Shown one piece after another: positions 52,890-64,000 of a stretch of DNA of 64,000 nucleotides (its first letter is position 1; every line of letters begins with the position of its first letter). The notes under the pieces were generated by a model. The model was given only the letters and a program-made list of their open reading frames with translations. It was not told where the DNA came from and searched no databases. A program made the position numbers and the translations under genes. This stretch comes from Tubiluchus corallicola (lineage: Eukaryota; Animalia; Priapulida), in contig JAQGDQ010000549.1 in assembly GCA_030141605.1 (NCBI GenBank), forward strand, positions 64,794-128,793, in the 5' to 3' direction.

Positions 52890-53215
52890 TAAATAAGTAT
52901 GTTCTGTTTGGTTATTCTTCCTTGTATTCATTTTGCTTATCAAATTTTATATCATTTTCGTACAAGCAGACTAAAACACCATCCTAGTCACTGAGTTTTG
53001 CTTTCGGTGCATTTCAAAATAACTATGTTCTGCTGGGTTATTCTACCTCGTATTCATCTTGGCTATCAAATTTTATATCATTTTCGTAAAACTGGACTGA
53101 AAAGCGATCCTAGTCACCGAGTTTTGCTTCCAGTGCATTTCAAAATAACTATGTTCTGCTGGGTTATTCTACCTCGTATTCATCTTGGCTATCAAATTTT
53201 ATACCATTTTCGTGA
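52890..53215. repeat. ~126-bp tandem repeat, about 2.5 copies
   Basis: TATGTTCTG at 52899, 53024 and 53150. Confidence 0.9.
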
Positions 53216-53691
53216 AAGCAAACTTCATTATTTTCAACATCACGATACGCACATGATTATGCGTCAAGGGAATTGCCATTAATTTAGTTGCACGTCACAG
53301 ACGACAAAAAGCACAATACGTTTTCGTGAGATGACAACTCTGATGAGAAAGCTAAAAGAGGAGCCCTGTCAGTTCAGCCATTTGCTGCAAATTTCAGAGA
53401 TATGTAAGAACAATAACCGATGCTCGAATTGTCGTAATATTAGCAACACTAATTGTAATCGTAATTGCAATTTATCAGTGGCGGTTTCTAGCTAAAATTA
53501 GTGGGGGTGCTGATTCAGAAAATTTTTAGCCATTGTTTTAATACTGTGTAAAACGTAACAAACGTGTAATATTAATGTTGTAGTTATATTAGAAGATCAG
53601 TTGTTGAACGGCCTCTTTTCTTAACTGCAACTTTCTCACGGAGAGACAGTTGTGAAAAATTATGCTGTTGTAGTTCACTTACTGTCGCAGA

Positions 53692-54270
53692 ACTCAATTC
53701 TTGCAACATTAACAATATTGCATTGAGCTACAGCACACATTAATACCTATTTTACTCAATTTTTACAACATTAACAATATTGCATTGAGCTGCAGCAACA
53801 TTAATACTAATTTTAATCTATTCTTGGAACATTAACAACTTTGCATTGAGCTACAGCAACATTAATTCTTATTTATTCAATTCTTACAACATTAACAACA
53901 TTGCATTGAGCTGCAGTAGTGTTAATACATATTTTACTCAATTCTTACAATATTAACAATATTGCATTGAGCTGCAGCAACATTAATACTAATTTTAATC
54001 TATTCTTGGAACATTAACAACTTTGCATTGAGCTACAGCAACATTAATTCTTATTTATTCAATTCTTACAACATTAACAACATTGCATTGAGCTGCAGTA
54101 GTGTTAATACATATTTTACTCAATTCTTGCAACGTTAACAACATTGCTTCGAAATGCAGCAATACTAGTGCTTATTTCACTTATTTTCTGCAGCATTAAC
54201 AACATTTTACTTAGCTGGTACAACAACATTAACACTTATTTGACTCAGTTACTTGCACATTAACAACACA
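53692..54270. repeat. ~61-bp tandem repeat with a duplicated ~182-bp trimer
   Basis: ACATTAACAA.ATTGCATTGAGCT.CAGCAACATTAAT units; the block at about 53770 recurs at about 53952. Confidence 0.85.
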
Positions 54271-55149
54271 GCACATTACTCAACAACAACAACATTGGAC
54301 AGAACAGCAGCTACGATTGTTCGCTGGAAACAACAATTTACATTGGAAAACTCATCAACTCTTCGTCTGACAGTGGCTGTAGTCGTTGCACGGAGCTGCT
54401 TAATGAATCTGTCAATGGGGATTGGAGCAGAGCTGAGATCACGTCACTCTGGCTTTCTGGATCGAGTAATTGATGAACAGCAAGACAAGCAAACTATATA
54501 TTCTGCAGTTTAATTATCTGGTCAGTGGGCCAAATGTCTAATTTAAATGAGGTTTTGACTGAGAATAGTACAAAGAATGCCCACCAGCGTCGCTCGGATC
54601 CTCACTCGGAAATTGGCATTCTCTTAAAAAATGACAAACGCCTGGAAAGTGGCAATTATAGCAACTTTTTATATGAGTGCTAGTTAGCTTGTTTGGAGCC
54701 AATAAATGCAAAACTGCACGCAGGTTCAATCAGACAGATTGCTATCGCTCATTTGTAATCTTAATGAATGTGATGATTATCATTAATGATGGAATAATTC
54801 CACAATGTTAATCTTGAATTTAAGATAATATAAATAATTGATTATTTGCCCACGGAAATTTGGAGCTTAAAATTAATCGAATAAGAATCGTCTAATTAGT
54901 TAGAAACATTCAGGTATGAGCAGTACGCAAGCTTTATACAGCGTTGCTGCTAACGCAGGCTCTGTGTGCAATAAGACATCGTGTAAGTAAAATAAAATTT
55001 TAAGACGACTTTCATGCTTTATTTGTGAAGACTGTTTTCCTGTATTTATATTTTAAAGAAATTGACTTAGGGACACAATCAGTAGTTAAGCAATACTGCC
55101 AATACAAGATTTCTGCACCCAATACATTTATTAAAGTGATAACAGGAAT

Positions 55150-55328
55150 TAGCCTTTTCACTGTTTCGTTGTGCGCACGCGCAGTTGCTGTAGGTCAAAG
55201 ATTAAGTGTTAGCACAGCACCGCGTGTTAACTACAGCCGTCACGTGAATGTGTGTAAAGCAAAGCCGTCTGTCACATCAGTTCAATCACTTCAGTTGTTT
55301 TACGTAGACTTTGCTTAATTATGCATTG
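55150..55328 (+). mobile_element. MITE family D, left half
   Basis: AGCCTTTTCACTGTTTCGTTGTGCGCACGCGCAGTTGCTGTAGGTCAAAG start. Confidence 0.7.
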
Positions 55329-57012
55329 TGGTCGACCTGTTTAACGTTTTGTTCTACTCCAAGTGGCTTTCCACGTACCGTAAAGAGTTAAACTAACTTT
55401 AATTTTCATTTTACAACAGTAACATTCCAATCATCAGATGGGTGCTAATGGGATGCTGATATTGATTTCTTACCACCATTTGTCATACGCATTTTATTGC
55501 GTCATAGACACATGGCTGCCACGCTGATGATACCCGGGGAACCGGTATGCTTTTCAGCGGTTCGTCGGTCATTAACTGTGGCTTCATTAGATACCGTTTT
55601 TCCTTCGATGAAGCCATGTAAGTGTAACCCAGTAATTACCCCTTCAGCTTGTTGAAGCCATGCAGTACGGTTGATACAGAATCAGTCAAGTTCAGTGGCA
55701 AAAGAAAAGTTGCAAGATCATTTAATGCAAAGCAAAGGTTTCTTTGAAACCGACACTTAGAATTTGCGTATTTGTCGCATAGCCTTTTAACACTAAAACG
55801 GTTTAAGCAACTGAGTAAACTGTCTCAGTGAACAAGTAATTCCCTTGAATGCACGTATGCGTAAACCGTTTCAGAATGTGAACAAATTATTGCATGAATG
55901 GGTATAACACTTCAATTTATTATTCTAAATTTATTTCATACATTTAAAAGTACATAGCATTATATAAAAAATTAAAAAAACGCTCAGCTGTACTATAAAA
56001 TTACGATAGAAACTAATAAAATATTTACATATATACATATGCAACCAGAAACAAAACATAAAAACACAAGACAAATCACTAAAAAATACAATATACAGAG
56101 GCACAAAATCCAACAAAAGTCACCTTTGCAATGGTAAAAATTGTTGGTTTCATAATGCAAAACGCAGTTTGTACCAATTCGTTCATAAAACTGTATTGCG
56201 ATATGCAGAGTAAACATACAATTTATCGATGATATCATTAGGTATTTCTGCCAGCCCATTACATAAAGGATGCTGTTATCTTTATTGTAATTACATCCTA
56301 GTTAGGAAAATTAAAATTTACAAATTTTTCGCGAATGCTGCATCTTCCCATAATATTTAAAGAGCCTACGAAATGCATTATTGTGGGCCACCTTTAAAAA
56401 AAGTGTAGCTGTTTTGGAAAAAGTTGCACCAAAGGCGCATGCGTAAAATTGATAATGAGGAATTACGTATGTTGTATTTGAGAGAGTGAAGCACCATTTA
56501 TTTACATACTAAATAATACGTAAACAATACAGGTTTATAAAAATTAATTTTAAAACCTCTCAGTACGTTAAACATCCACTGTGTGCCTCTCCGTTTGAAA
56601 ACCAGTAAACCACCTCAGTGTGAAAATGGACAAACCGTCTCAGTAAGCAGAGGAGTAAAGCATTTCAGTTTATGGATGAATAAACCAATTCGTTTGCGGA
56701 AGAGTAAACCGTTTCGGGAAGTCTATGAACAAACCGCTTCAGTGTGTGAATATACCACATCAAAGTGTGACAACAGCAGCCATACACTAACGTACGTAAA
56801 TAAACAAAGCATCTCTACACCCCATTCTTCCCGGAAAGACGGAAGAGAATAAAATTCCCTGTTGACAGACGTAAATGGCCTGGTAAGTCGTTTAGATGCA
56901 AACAAGACATTTTACTTGATTAAATTTCAAAACAAACGTGCAAAGACACGCGCTCAAATCAGAAAAGCTTTACACATTTATTTGCGTTTGTCAACATGCA
57001 CGAGACCTGCTA

Positions 57013-57417
57013 ATAAGCCTTTTCGCAGTTTCGTTGTGCGCACGCGCAATTGTTGCAGGTCAAATGTTAAACTACCAGGCAACGCATTTGTATACACTTC
57101 ACAACGCCTCGCAGGCCATCCTATTGTAATAGTAGCAGTTCTAACAATTAACTAGAACCTTGCCTAGTTCATTTTTTCTTGTTCTCAAGCAAGATCCTGC
57201 TAGTAAATTACCCTTAAGTGCAGACTAATGCATAATTAAATAAAGTCCTTATTTAAATTAATTAAATAAGTGACTTTACGGAACTGATGCTGCAGACGAC
57301 TTTGCTTTACATACATGTTGCGCGTCGAATGCAGTTAAGACGCGTTGCTGTGATACACTTAACCATTCATCTTCAGCAACTGCGCGTGCGCACAGTGAAA
57401 CTTTGAAAAGGCTTTTT
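57013..57417 (-). mobile_element. MITE family D, most complete copy with long TIRs
   Basis: AAGCCTTTTCGCAGTTTCGTTGTGCGCACGCGCAATTG ... CAACTGCGCGTGCGCACAGTGAAACTTTGAAAAGGCTT. Confidence 0.75.
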
Positions 57418-58182
57418 AACAGACATCTGTAATTGTTTCTCTCATAAAAAATTAAGGAAATGAAGTTCTCATAAAATACATAAATACCCGCGCGGCAGTC
57501 TCTGGCAGGCATTTTTTCTATTAAACCGACAGTGAAATATTAAACCGGGTAGCAATATATAAATTATGCATATAAACAAACCGTGTTCTTACCAAAACCT
57601 TTGATTCCCTTGTTAGAAGCGTGCGATGGACATGGTAAAATATATTACATAAGCAAACGCAGATCAAAGTCTTTGGCGCCAATTTGCAAAATGAAACGCA
57701 CCCGAGCGATAGATCGTCAGACTTGGGGGAAATTCGGATCTTGTTCTTAACGTTTTATGTAATTTTCTTCGGCGCACCGTTTCAACCAAAAGCAATCTTC
57801 CCGGAGATCGGCTCTTGCAAGGCTCATAAAATTGCGTTAACTGTCGACCTGACGAACTGGTCGCCGTGAATTTAAATAAGCTAATTTGAATCGAGTCGCT
57901 GAGCAAAGGCCGTGTCAAGATTGCGGAATTTTTTTATCCGGTAATCCTATTTAGAAAATGCGAACAGACGAGTGGCGGTAATGAAGTGGTTCGGAGTTAA
58001 TATTGCAGTGATGAGAAGGTTATTGGACTGCAGTGTTTGTGTTAATTGTTTCTGTTGTCGTCAAATTATCTTCTTCTTTCTATAAATCATTTAAGCATTT
58101 TACGCACATAAGTAACTCGGGTAAATTTAAAAAAAAATTGGTCGGCCAAGAAGGGACGTTTTGGAAAGAAAACATTTTGCAT

Positions 58183-58668
58183 TAGAGAGAAAGAGAAGGA
58201 AAAGAGAACGATAGGGGAGATTGAGGAATGTGGCAGCGAGAGAGAGAGAGGGGGAGGGAAAGAGAGAGGGAGAGGGAGAGAGATACAGATGAAGAGGCAG
58301 AGTAACGAAGTGAGAGCTAGAGAGAGAGAGAGAGAGAGAGGGGGGGAGGGAAAGAGAGAGGGAGAGAGATACAGATGAAGAGGCAGAGTAACGAAGTGAG
58401 AGCTAGAGAGAGAGAGAGGGGGGAGGGGGAGAGAGAGGGAGAGGGAAAGAGAGAGGGAGACAGATACAGATGAAGAGGCAGAGTAACGAAGTGAGAACTA
58501 GAGAGAGAGAGAGAGAGAGAGAGAGTAGATAGGGAGGGAGAGGGAGAACGAGAAGGGAAAGGAGGGATAGAAGGAGATAGTGAGAGAAAGAGAGGGAGGA
58601 TGAGGAAGTGAGCGAGAAAGTGACAAAGAGAAAGTGAGAGAGAGAGAGAGAGAGAAGAGGGAAAGAAA
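58183..58668. repeat. GA-rich tract with three copies of a ~40-bp unique spacer
   Basis: AGATACAGATGAAGAGGCAGAGTAACGAAGTGAGA.CTAG x3, between (GA)n runs. Confidence 0.9.
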
Positions 58669-58807
58669 AAACAAAAATCTACACACAAAGGCAATGAAAG
58701 GCATAAACGAAAGCAAAGATAATCTGTAAGAGATAATCTGATTGAACGAATCTGAGGACAATTTAAAACCTAAATTAATTAAGCTAACTTAATTATATTC
58801 TCCCCAG

Positions 58808-59049
58808 AATCTCCGCACACGAGAATATTCACTCCTTTCACGTATCCGACTTTACCTTCGTCCTTCGCCATTATCACCCTTTCCCGAAATTCCTGTTTAA
58901 CTTCCTCTTCCGCCCACGCGGTGCCCGGCCAGGTTAATTTTTTGGCAACGAACCAAGCACCTCCACCAAACTTCAAGGTCCTTCCTGCATTCCAGTCAAG
59001 ATTAGAGGAGAATCCACTCACGACTAACAATAATTGCATTACCCACTGA
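58808..59049 (+). other. Candidate terminal coding exon, Pro/Ser/Thr-rich, host gene unknown
   Basis: GCTAAC (58783), TTATATTCTCCCCAG acceptor, open frame SPHTRIFTPFTYPTLPSS...APPPNFKVLPAFQSRLEENPLTTNNNCITH*; locally higher GC. Confidence 0.35.
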
Positions 59050-61109
59050 CGCATATAGTGAAATGCAAAGACCTTTGTATTACAATAGTATATTTCAGGA
59101 CGGACACTTAATCACCACCACATTGGGTATATATTCATTGTAATAATATCATAATGAGGCGTTTAATGCTTTTGAATCGATGCCTGACACACCTGCATGG
59201 TTATATAGGCGTTACGTAACCCAGGTGAGCTCAATTCGTGATTATTCAAAACTGCTGATTCATTGATTTTTCTCTAAATCTCAAATGACAGCCATTGTGT
59301 TACGAGTGATGCAACTGAGTGTTTGCATCGTGACGAAGTTTGAAAGCAACTAAGTTTTTTATCAGGAAGCGTGAATTCTTTCTACTCTGTCACTGACCTT
59401 GAACGTAGCTCTAGGTTTCTAGAACGTTCTGTTATCTTCCACTAGAGGCCCAAACGAATCTCTCCGAATTAAGGGTTATGATTATTGCTTGGATTAAGCC
59501 CGGCCAAGTGAAATATGGACCATTTAATGAAGAGAAGCCCATTAATTAGGATTTGGAACATGGTAGTTGACAGAAAATAAGTGAATACAATACTTATTCT
59601 AATTCAGCGGGTCCACGCAGTTTGCAATTGGTTAGAAATTTCATTCAAATTAGCAACAACAACAACAAATCACAATTAATGAAATCTATTTAATACAGAG
59701 ACGTTCGTTGGTTAGGAGCTGCAATTTGGTAAAAGTTTACAGAAAATCAAAGTTAACCAAATCTGTCTTACTGCAGACAGGTCGAAAACAGAGTAACCAG
59801 ACTAAAGAAAAAAATCATTAGCAGTCAGTTGAATCGAGACATGAATAAATTTTATGTCATAATTAACGTTCTGACATCAACTTGTTTTGACATCAAACTA
59901 AGATGTTATCAACATAGATTTTATGACAGAATCTGCAAAAATGAAAGCATATTTACCTCATAGAATAGAATATTAAAATTGAAAATGGATCAATTTCATA
60001 GCAATAATGAAATTGTGAAGGGAAAAAACGAGCACTTCTATGGTAAGCATTTATTTATGTCGTTCAAAATTTCATAATTATTATAAAATTTATGCATTCA
60101 CAATTTTCTTATTTCATTCTATAATGTAAATGTATTTTCATTCTTACAGATGCTCTTATAATTTCTACGCATCTTGCTTTGATTTTGAAACGTCTGTTAT
60201 GAAATAAATCATGTCTCTATTCAAATGGGTAATTAGTGATTCTTTTCTTGTGAAACGTCGCTTTCCCAGTCTAAATGTGTTTCCCAACCGGATCCATTTT
60301 AATGGAAAGACGGCAATTGATTAAGACTTGCATTTATTATGAGAAAATCAAATCCATTTTAACATGTCTGTATGTAACATTATCTTCTTCTTACCACGTA
60401 CATGTACAGCATAGATGCAAGGTCAACTTACGTGTCAAAATTTTCTAAATTCTTTACATACCTCAGCCTTAACAGTTTTTTTCGACCGCATTATCAAAGT
60501 ATTGTAACAACTAAGCCTTTACAACTCATTAAACATGCAAGCTACCTGGTCAGCTCGCCTAGCGTGTATAAGTGACCACTTGAGCAAGAAAAGTGAACTT
60601 TAGAGGAGGAACCTCTCGTCAAGTAAAAGTGCAAATCCACCTAAGTGACTGAGAGATGAAAAGGAAGGAGAATGTAACAGCCGAACGAGCGAAAAATGGA
60701 GCAAAAAATGACAGTAAGTCCCTCTTAACCTCTCACTGGTGATGCTTCCTGCCGTTAGAATTGTCTGTTATTCTGTTAGATGGTCAAAGAAAGTTCTTTG
60801 TTGCATAAAAAATCGATAACTTTTACCACTTTCCGCGTTTTTTGTTCATCTGCTCAAAACTTTTTACCCACAATTGGTTAGTTAGTTAGTCATTTATACT
60901 GGTACACTGGTAGTACTAGTAATAACTGAGTATAGCAAATATGTTAGCAGAAAGTAACATATTCCACAGGTAAGAGGTCGGGGGAAAATGGTTTATAGGC
61001 AGACTGAGGGCCTGAAATTTCTTGCACTGTTTTATAGTGTGCACTCTATCTTTGTTTGCAAACTATAGGTAACAGAAACAAACCAATTAAGTCACTGTTG
61101 TTGTTGCTT

Positions 61110-61146
<37 letters not shown>

Positions 61147-61543
61147 TCTTATAATAATGTTACACCACATGCAAATTGTTTTTGCACGTTTGCTTTTGAA
61201 CCAGTGCACCACTGATTACCATTACATGCATCATTTAAGTTACAGTGACCTGACCGGCGTATGGTTTGTTCACCAGTCCGTCTCTCTACATTCATTACTA
61301 AATTCACAGCTGTATGTAAAAACGTACTAAGTTTAAATGAGAAAAAGTACTGTGAACTGTGAACTGCAACTGAAATCAGACAACCGAATCGATACATTTC
61401 TAATCTATGCTGCAAACTGGCCCAATTGTTTCTGAGAAAAATCACTCTTCTGTAAAAATTTGGTGCGCCCAGATTTCAGAGATCTCCTCTATACTTCACG
61501 ATGCCCCGCATTTTACAACAATTGTTATAAAATTGTCGCTTAC

Positions 61544-61627
61544 TTCCAGGTAAAGACTGCGGCTGTGTGAAAAAGGGCGAATTCAAAAAGGGACTGAGAA
61601 GGTATCTGCTGTTACCACCCTGAAGAT
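61544..61627 (-). other. Candidate internal exon (84 nt, phase 1-1)
   Basis: Minus strand TTTTGTATTTGGGACAG|..LQGGNSRYLLSPFLNSPFFTQPQSLPG..|GTAAGC; only one frame is open. Confidence 0.3.
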
Positions 61628-62824
61628 CTGTCCCAAATACAAAACAACAACAAAAGTTACTTTCACAATAATCACTTAGGTACAAAAAACGTCGCTGCGA
61701 ACTGAAAAAGCTCCCTCTTTGACAACATTCAAACTTCAACTGATTTTTGTCTACCTTCTCTGAGCTGGATCCAACCTCTGCGCGAACATGTTTTATGCCC
61801 TTGTTTTACAACCGTTTAAAGGCTGAATTAGAGCTTTTTTACCTACAACTAAAGAGTTGAACTTCATTTGCGCCTGTAGTTTATAATTAGAACATTATCC
61901 ACATCATTCAGCCCCCAGAAAATAGCAATTATGAGTTTAGTTTGTGGGTAGATTCACAATTATTTATTTAATTGTCTGTTTACTTACTTATTTATTTATT
62001 TATTTGCTTGCTTGTTTATTTTTTATTTATTTACTTATATATACAGTATATGTGTAAGTATAATTGTTTATTTGTTTATTTATTTACTCATTTATTTATT
62101 TAGATACATTTTTTAAACTCACGTTTTATTGATTTTTTAAACCGTCAATTATTGATTTTTTTTTAATCTAACATTTATTACGTATATAAGTTATAACAAA
62201 ATTTCATAATATTATATAATGAAATGTAGGGCCTAATATAATAAACAGATATATCATAACAGATATATCATCAAATTTAATGTTACATCACATGTAATAT
62301 AATAGAGTAATTAGCACCGTTTACATCGTTACATCATCATCATCAGCAGCAGCAGCAGCAGCAACAACAACAACAACAACATACACGGCTTCTAGTTTTC
62401 CCCTTTCGAACCCTAAACAAAGTTTGTAAAGCATTATTGTAAAACACCCTCTTTTCATCAACAAATCTGAAACACCTGTCTTTATTTTGCTTTTATAAAA
62501 AAGAGTCTTGAAGCCATAGTTTAGCCAGGTGCTCTAGAGGCCTTCTTGGTTAGCTACTTAGTTACAATTAGTTGGTCTCGAGCTTGTGTTTTGCTCAGTT
62601 TCCATAGTAACGTAACTGTTAATGAGACAACTTGTAGGAGTCTGCCTAGCAAAACAGTGAGAGGTTTCTGCATTTTCAACTGCCAAAGCGATAAAATAAC
62701 TGAGTGGTGACGGTGTTTGCGTAGCTATGAAAATTAAGTAGCGATCAGCAAGTGCCACGCGGATGGATGATTTTTTGTCTGTTTTCATTTTAAATCTCCC
62801 GCAATACTGTTCCGACCGCGCCAT

Positions 62825-63306
62825 TACGTGACGTCATATACGCAAAACGTAAATCAGGGGAAGAAAAGGAAATGTTAAATTATGTCCCATTAAGCTTTCC
62901 ATGCAAAGTTATACGACGTAGCATTTCACTTACCTGCTTGAAAGATTTATGTAACTAGAAAAGAAAATTATTAATTATTTAAAGTACTTTCACCAATTGG
63001 TAAAATGTCGCTTACTCACCTCAAAGTTGCACGGTACAATAGATATTGACAAGATACAGTAATTTAAAAAGTTTTCTTAGTTAGCGACATCTGCGCTACA
63101 AAAGCTCTGATTATTTTTTTAAACTTTACTCAGTGTTATCTAAACTTGTTTCAAGCGACCTAATCGTCAAAATGGCTGCGTCAACGTTTAAATTTACACG
63201 TTTTAAACAGCGTTGCGGCCGATGCATGGCAAAAGGCCGTAACTAAATGGTATAAAATTTCAAGACGATTTTTAAGCTTTATGTAAGTGGAGGGTTTTCC
63301 TGTGCT
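62825..63306 (-). mobile_element. Family C Kolobok-like element
   Basis: Reverse-complement homolog of 41088-41645; the minus-strand start is TTAA|AGCACAGG. Confidence 0.7.
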
Positions 63307-64000
63307 TTAACGTGACGTCATTTCCCTTGTCTGTCATTACACTTCATACACACTGCATTTAGCTACATTACAAGTTGTGTTAATTTTCCCTAACCTTGGC
63401 ATTAATTAACTTGTATGCAACCAGAAATGCCAACGTTACTCGGTATACATCAAGAGCAGGTAACTTGGTTTATTTTATCGACGAACATCACAAAACAATA
63501 TACAATACAATGTACATGTAAAAATCATTATCATTATCATTATGGTATTTGCATTGTTTGAGGCCTTCATACAAAAAAGCCTAGCAGCCAACAGAAAAAT
63601 GCACTCCATAAAAGAGTACTTTCAATATTTTCAAGTCTCATCCTCGGCAATCTTGACTCTGTGTCTGTCTGATCCCTCGGCAAGAGAGGCAATTTTGTCT
63701 CCGCCTGTCTTATCCCTCGCCAAACGCGGCGATCTTGTCTCTGTTTCTGCATCTTTTCTTGACAAAGCTTGATCAGTTTTGTCATTCCGGTCGCGTAAAG
63801 CGAACAAAGGATTTAGCGAATAAACTTGTATTTTACTTGACAAGCCCAGATTTCTCCAAGGATTTAGAAGAGAAGGTTCTGCGGAAAAGAGGCACTTGAG
63901 CGTCAGGCTAATCGAATCCTGAATTCTTGATCCTGTCGAGAAACTTGTCTGCTAAAAAAACTTGCACGGTCACGCCAAAAACCGCCACTGACACGCCAAA

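Noticed and set aside
56915-56950. IKFQNKRAK (and minus-strand HWFKSKRAK near 61180-61205) resembling homeodomain helix 3
   Set aside because: The first lacks the invariant W, the second lacks the invariant N and has an in-frame stop just upstream. Neither has helices 1-2 or a suitably placed acceptor.
62934-63019. Minus-strand 21-nt microexon with strong splice sites
   Set aside because: Lies within a family C repeat copy; its frame is also incompatible with the 84-nt candidate exon.
53476-63990. CAGTGGCGGTTT ... AAACCGCCACTG as TIRs of a 10.5-kb hAT-like element
   Set aside because: No matching TSD and no transposase between them; CAGTGGCGG occurs elsewhere (e.g. 23942).

Overview
AT-rich animal genomic DNA (most likely an invertebrate; inferred from the transposon repertoire, microsatellite load and TTAGGG-like repeats), not prokaryotic. 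The only clear long gene is an apparently intact BEL/Pao LTR-retrotransposon gag-pol polyprotein (minus strand, 1204-7380). Its tRNA-Phe primer-binding site and 5' LTR (about 7658-8048) are in view; the 3' LTR lies left of the window. The remaining ~56 kb is intergenic or intronic: CR1/L2 LINE 3' ends, a solo LTR nested in one of them, a tRNA-derived SINE, many TTAA-flanked non-autonomous DNA transposons (Kolobok-like, one piggyBac-like), MITEs, a telomere-repeat-filled TIR element, 70-, 44-, 34- and 33-bp minisatellites and long compound microsatellites. No rRNA, true tRNA gene or CRISPR array was seen, and I found no convincing new multi-gene system. Best leads: (1) an antisense intron/exon-like architecture in the BEL LTR and 3' region; (2) two minisatellites born from adjacent stretches of CR1 ORF2 coding sequence, with a second CR1 copy broken at the same 33-bp spot; (3) an orphan annexin-like terminal exon (SDTSGDYKKAL) with a non-annexin charged tail. 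Repeat boundaries were read by eye and are approximate unless TSDs or TIRs are quoted.
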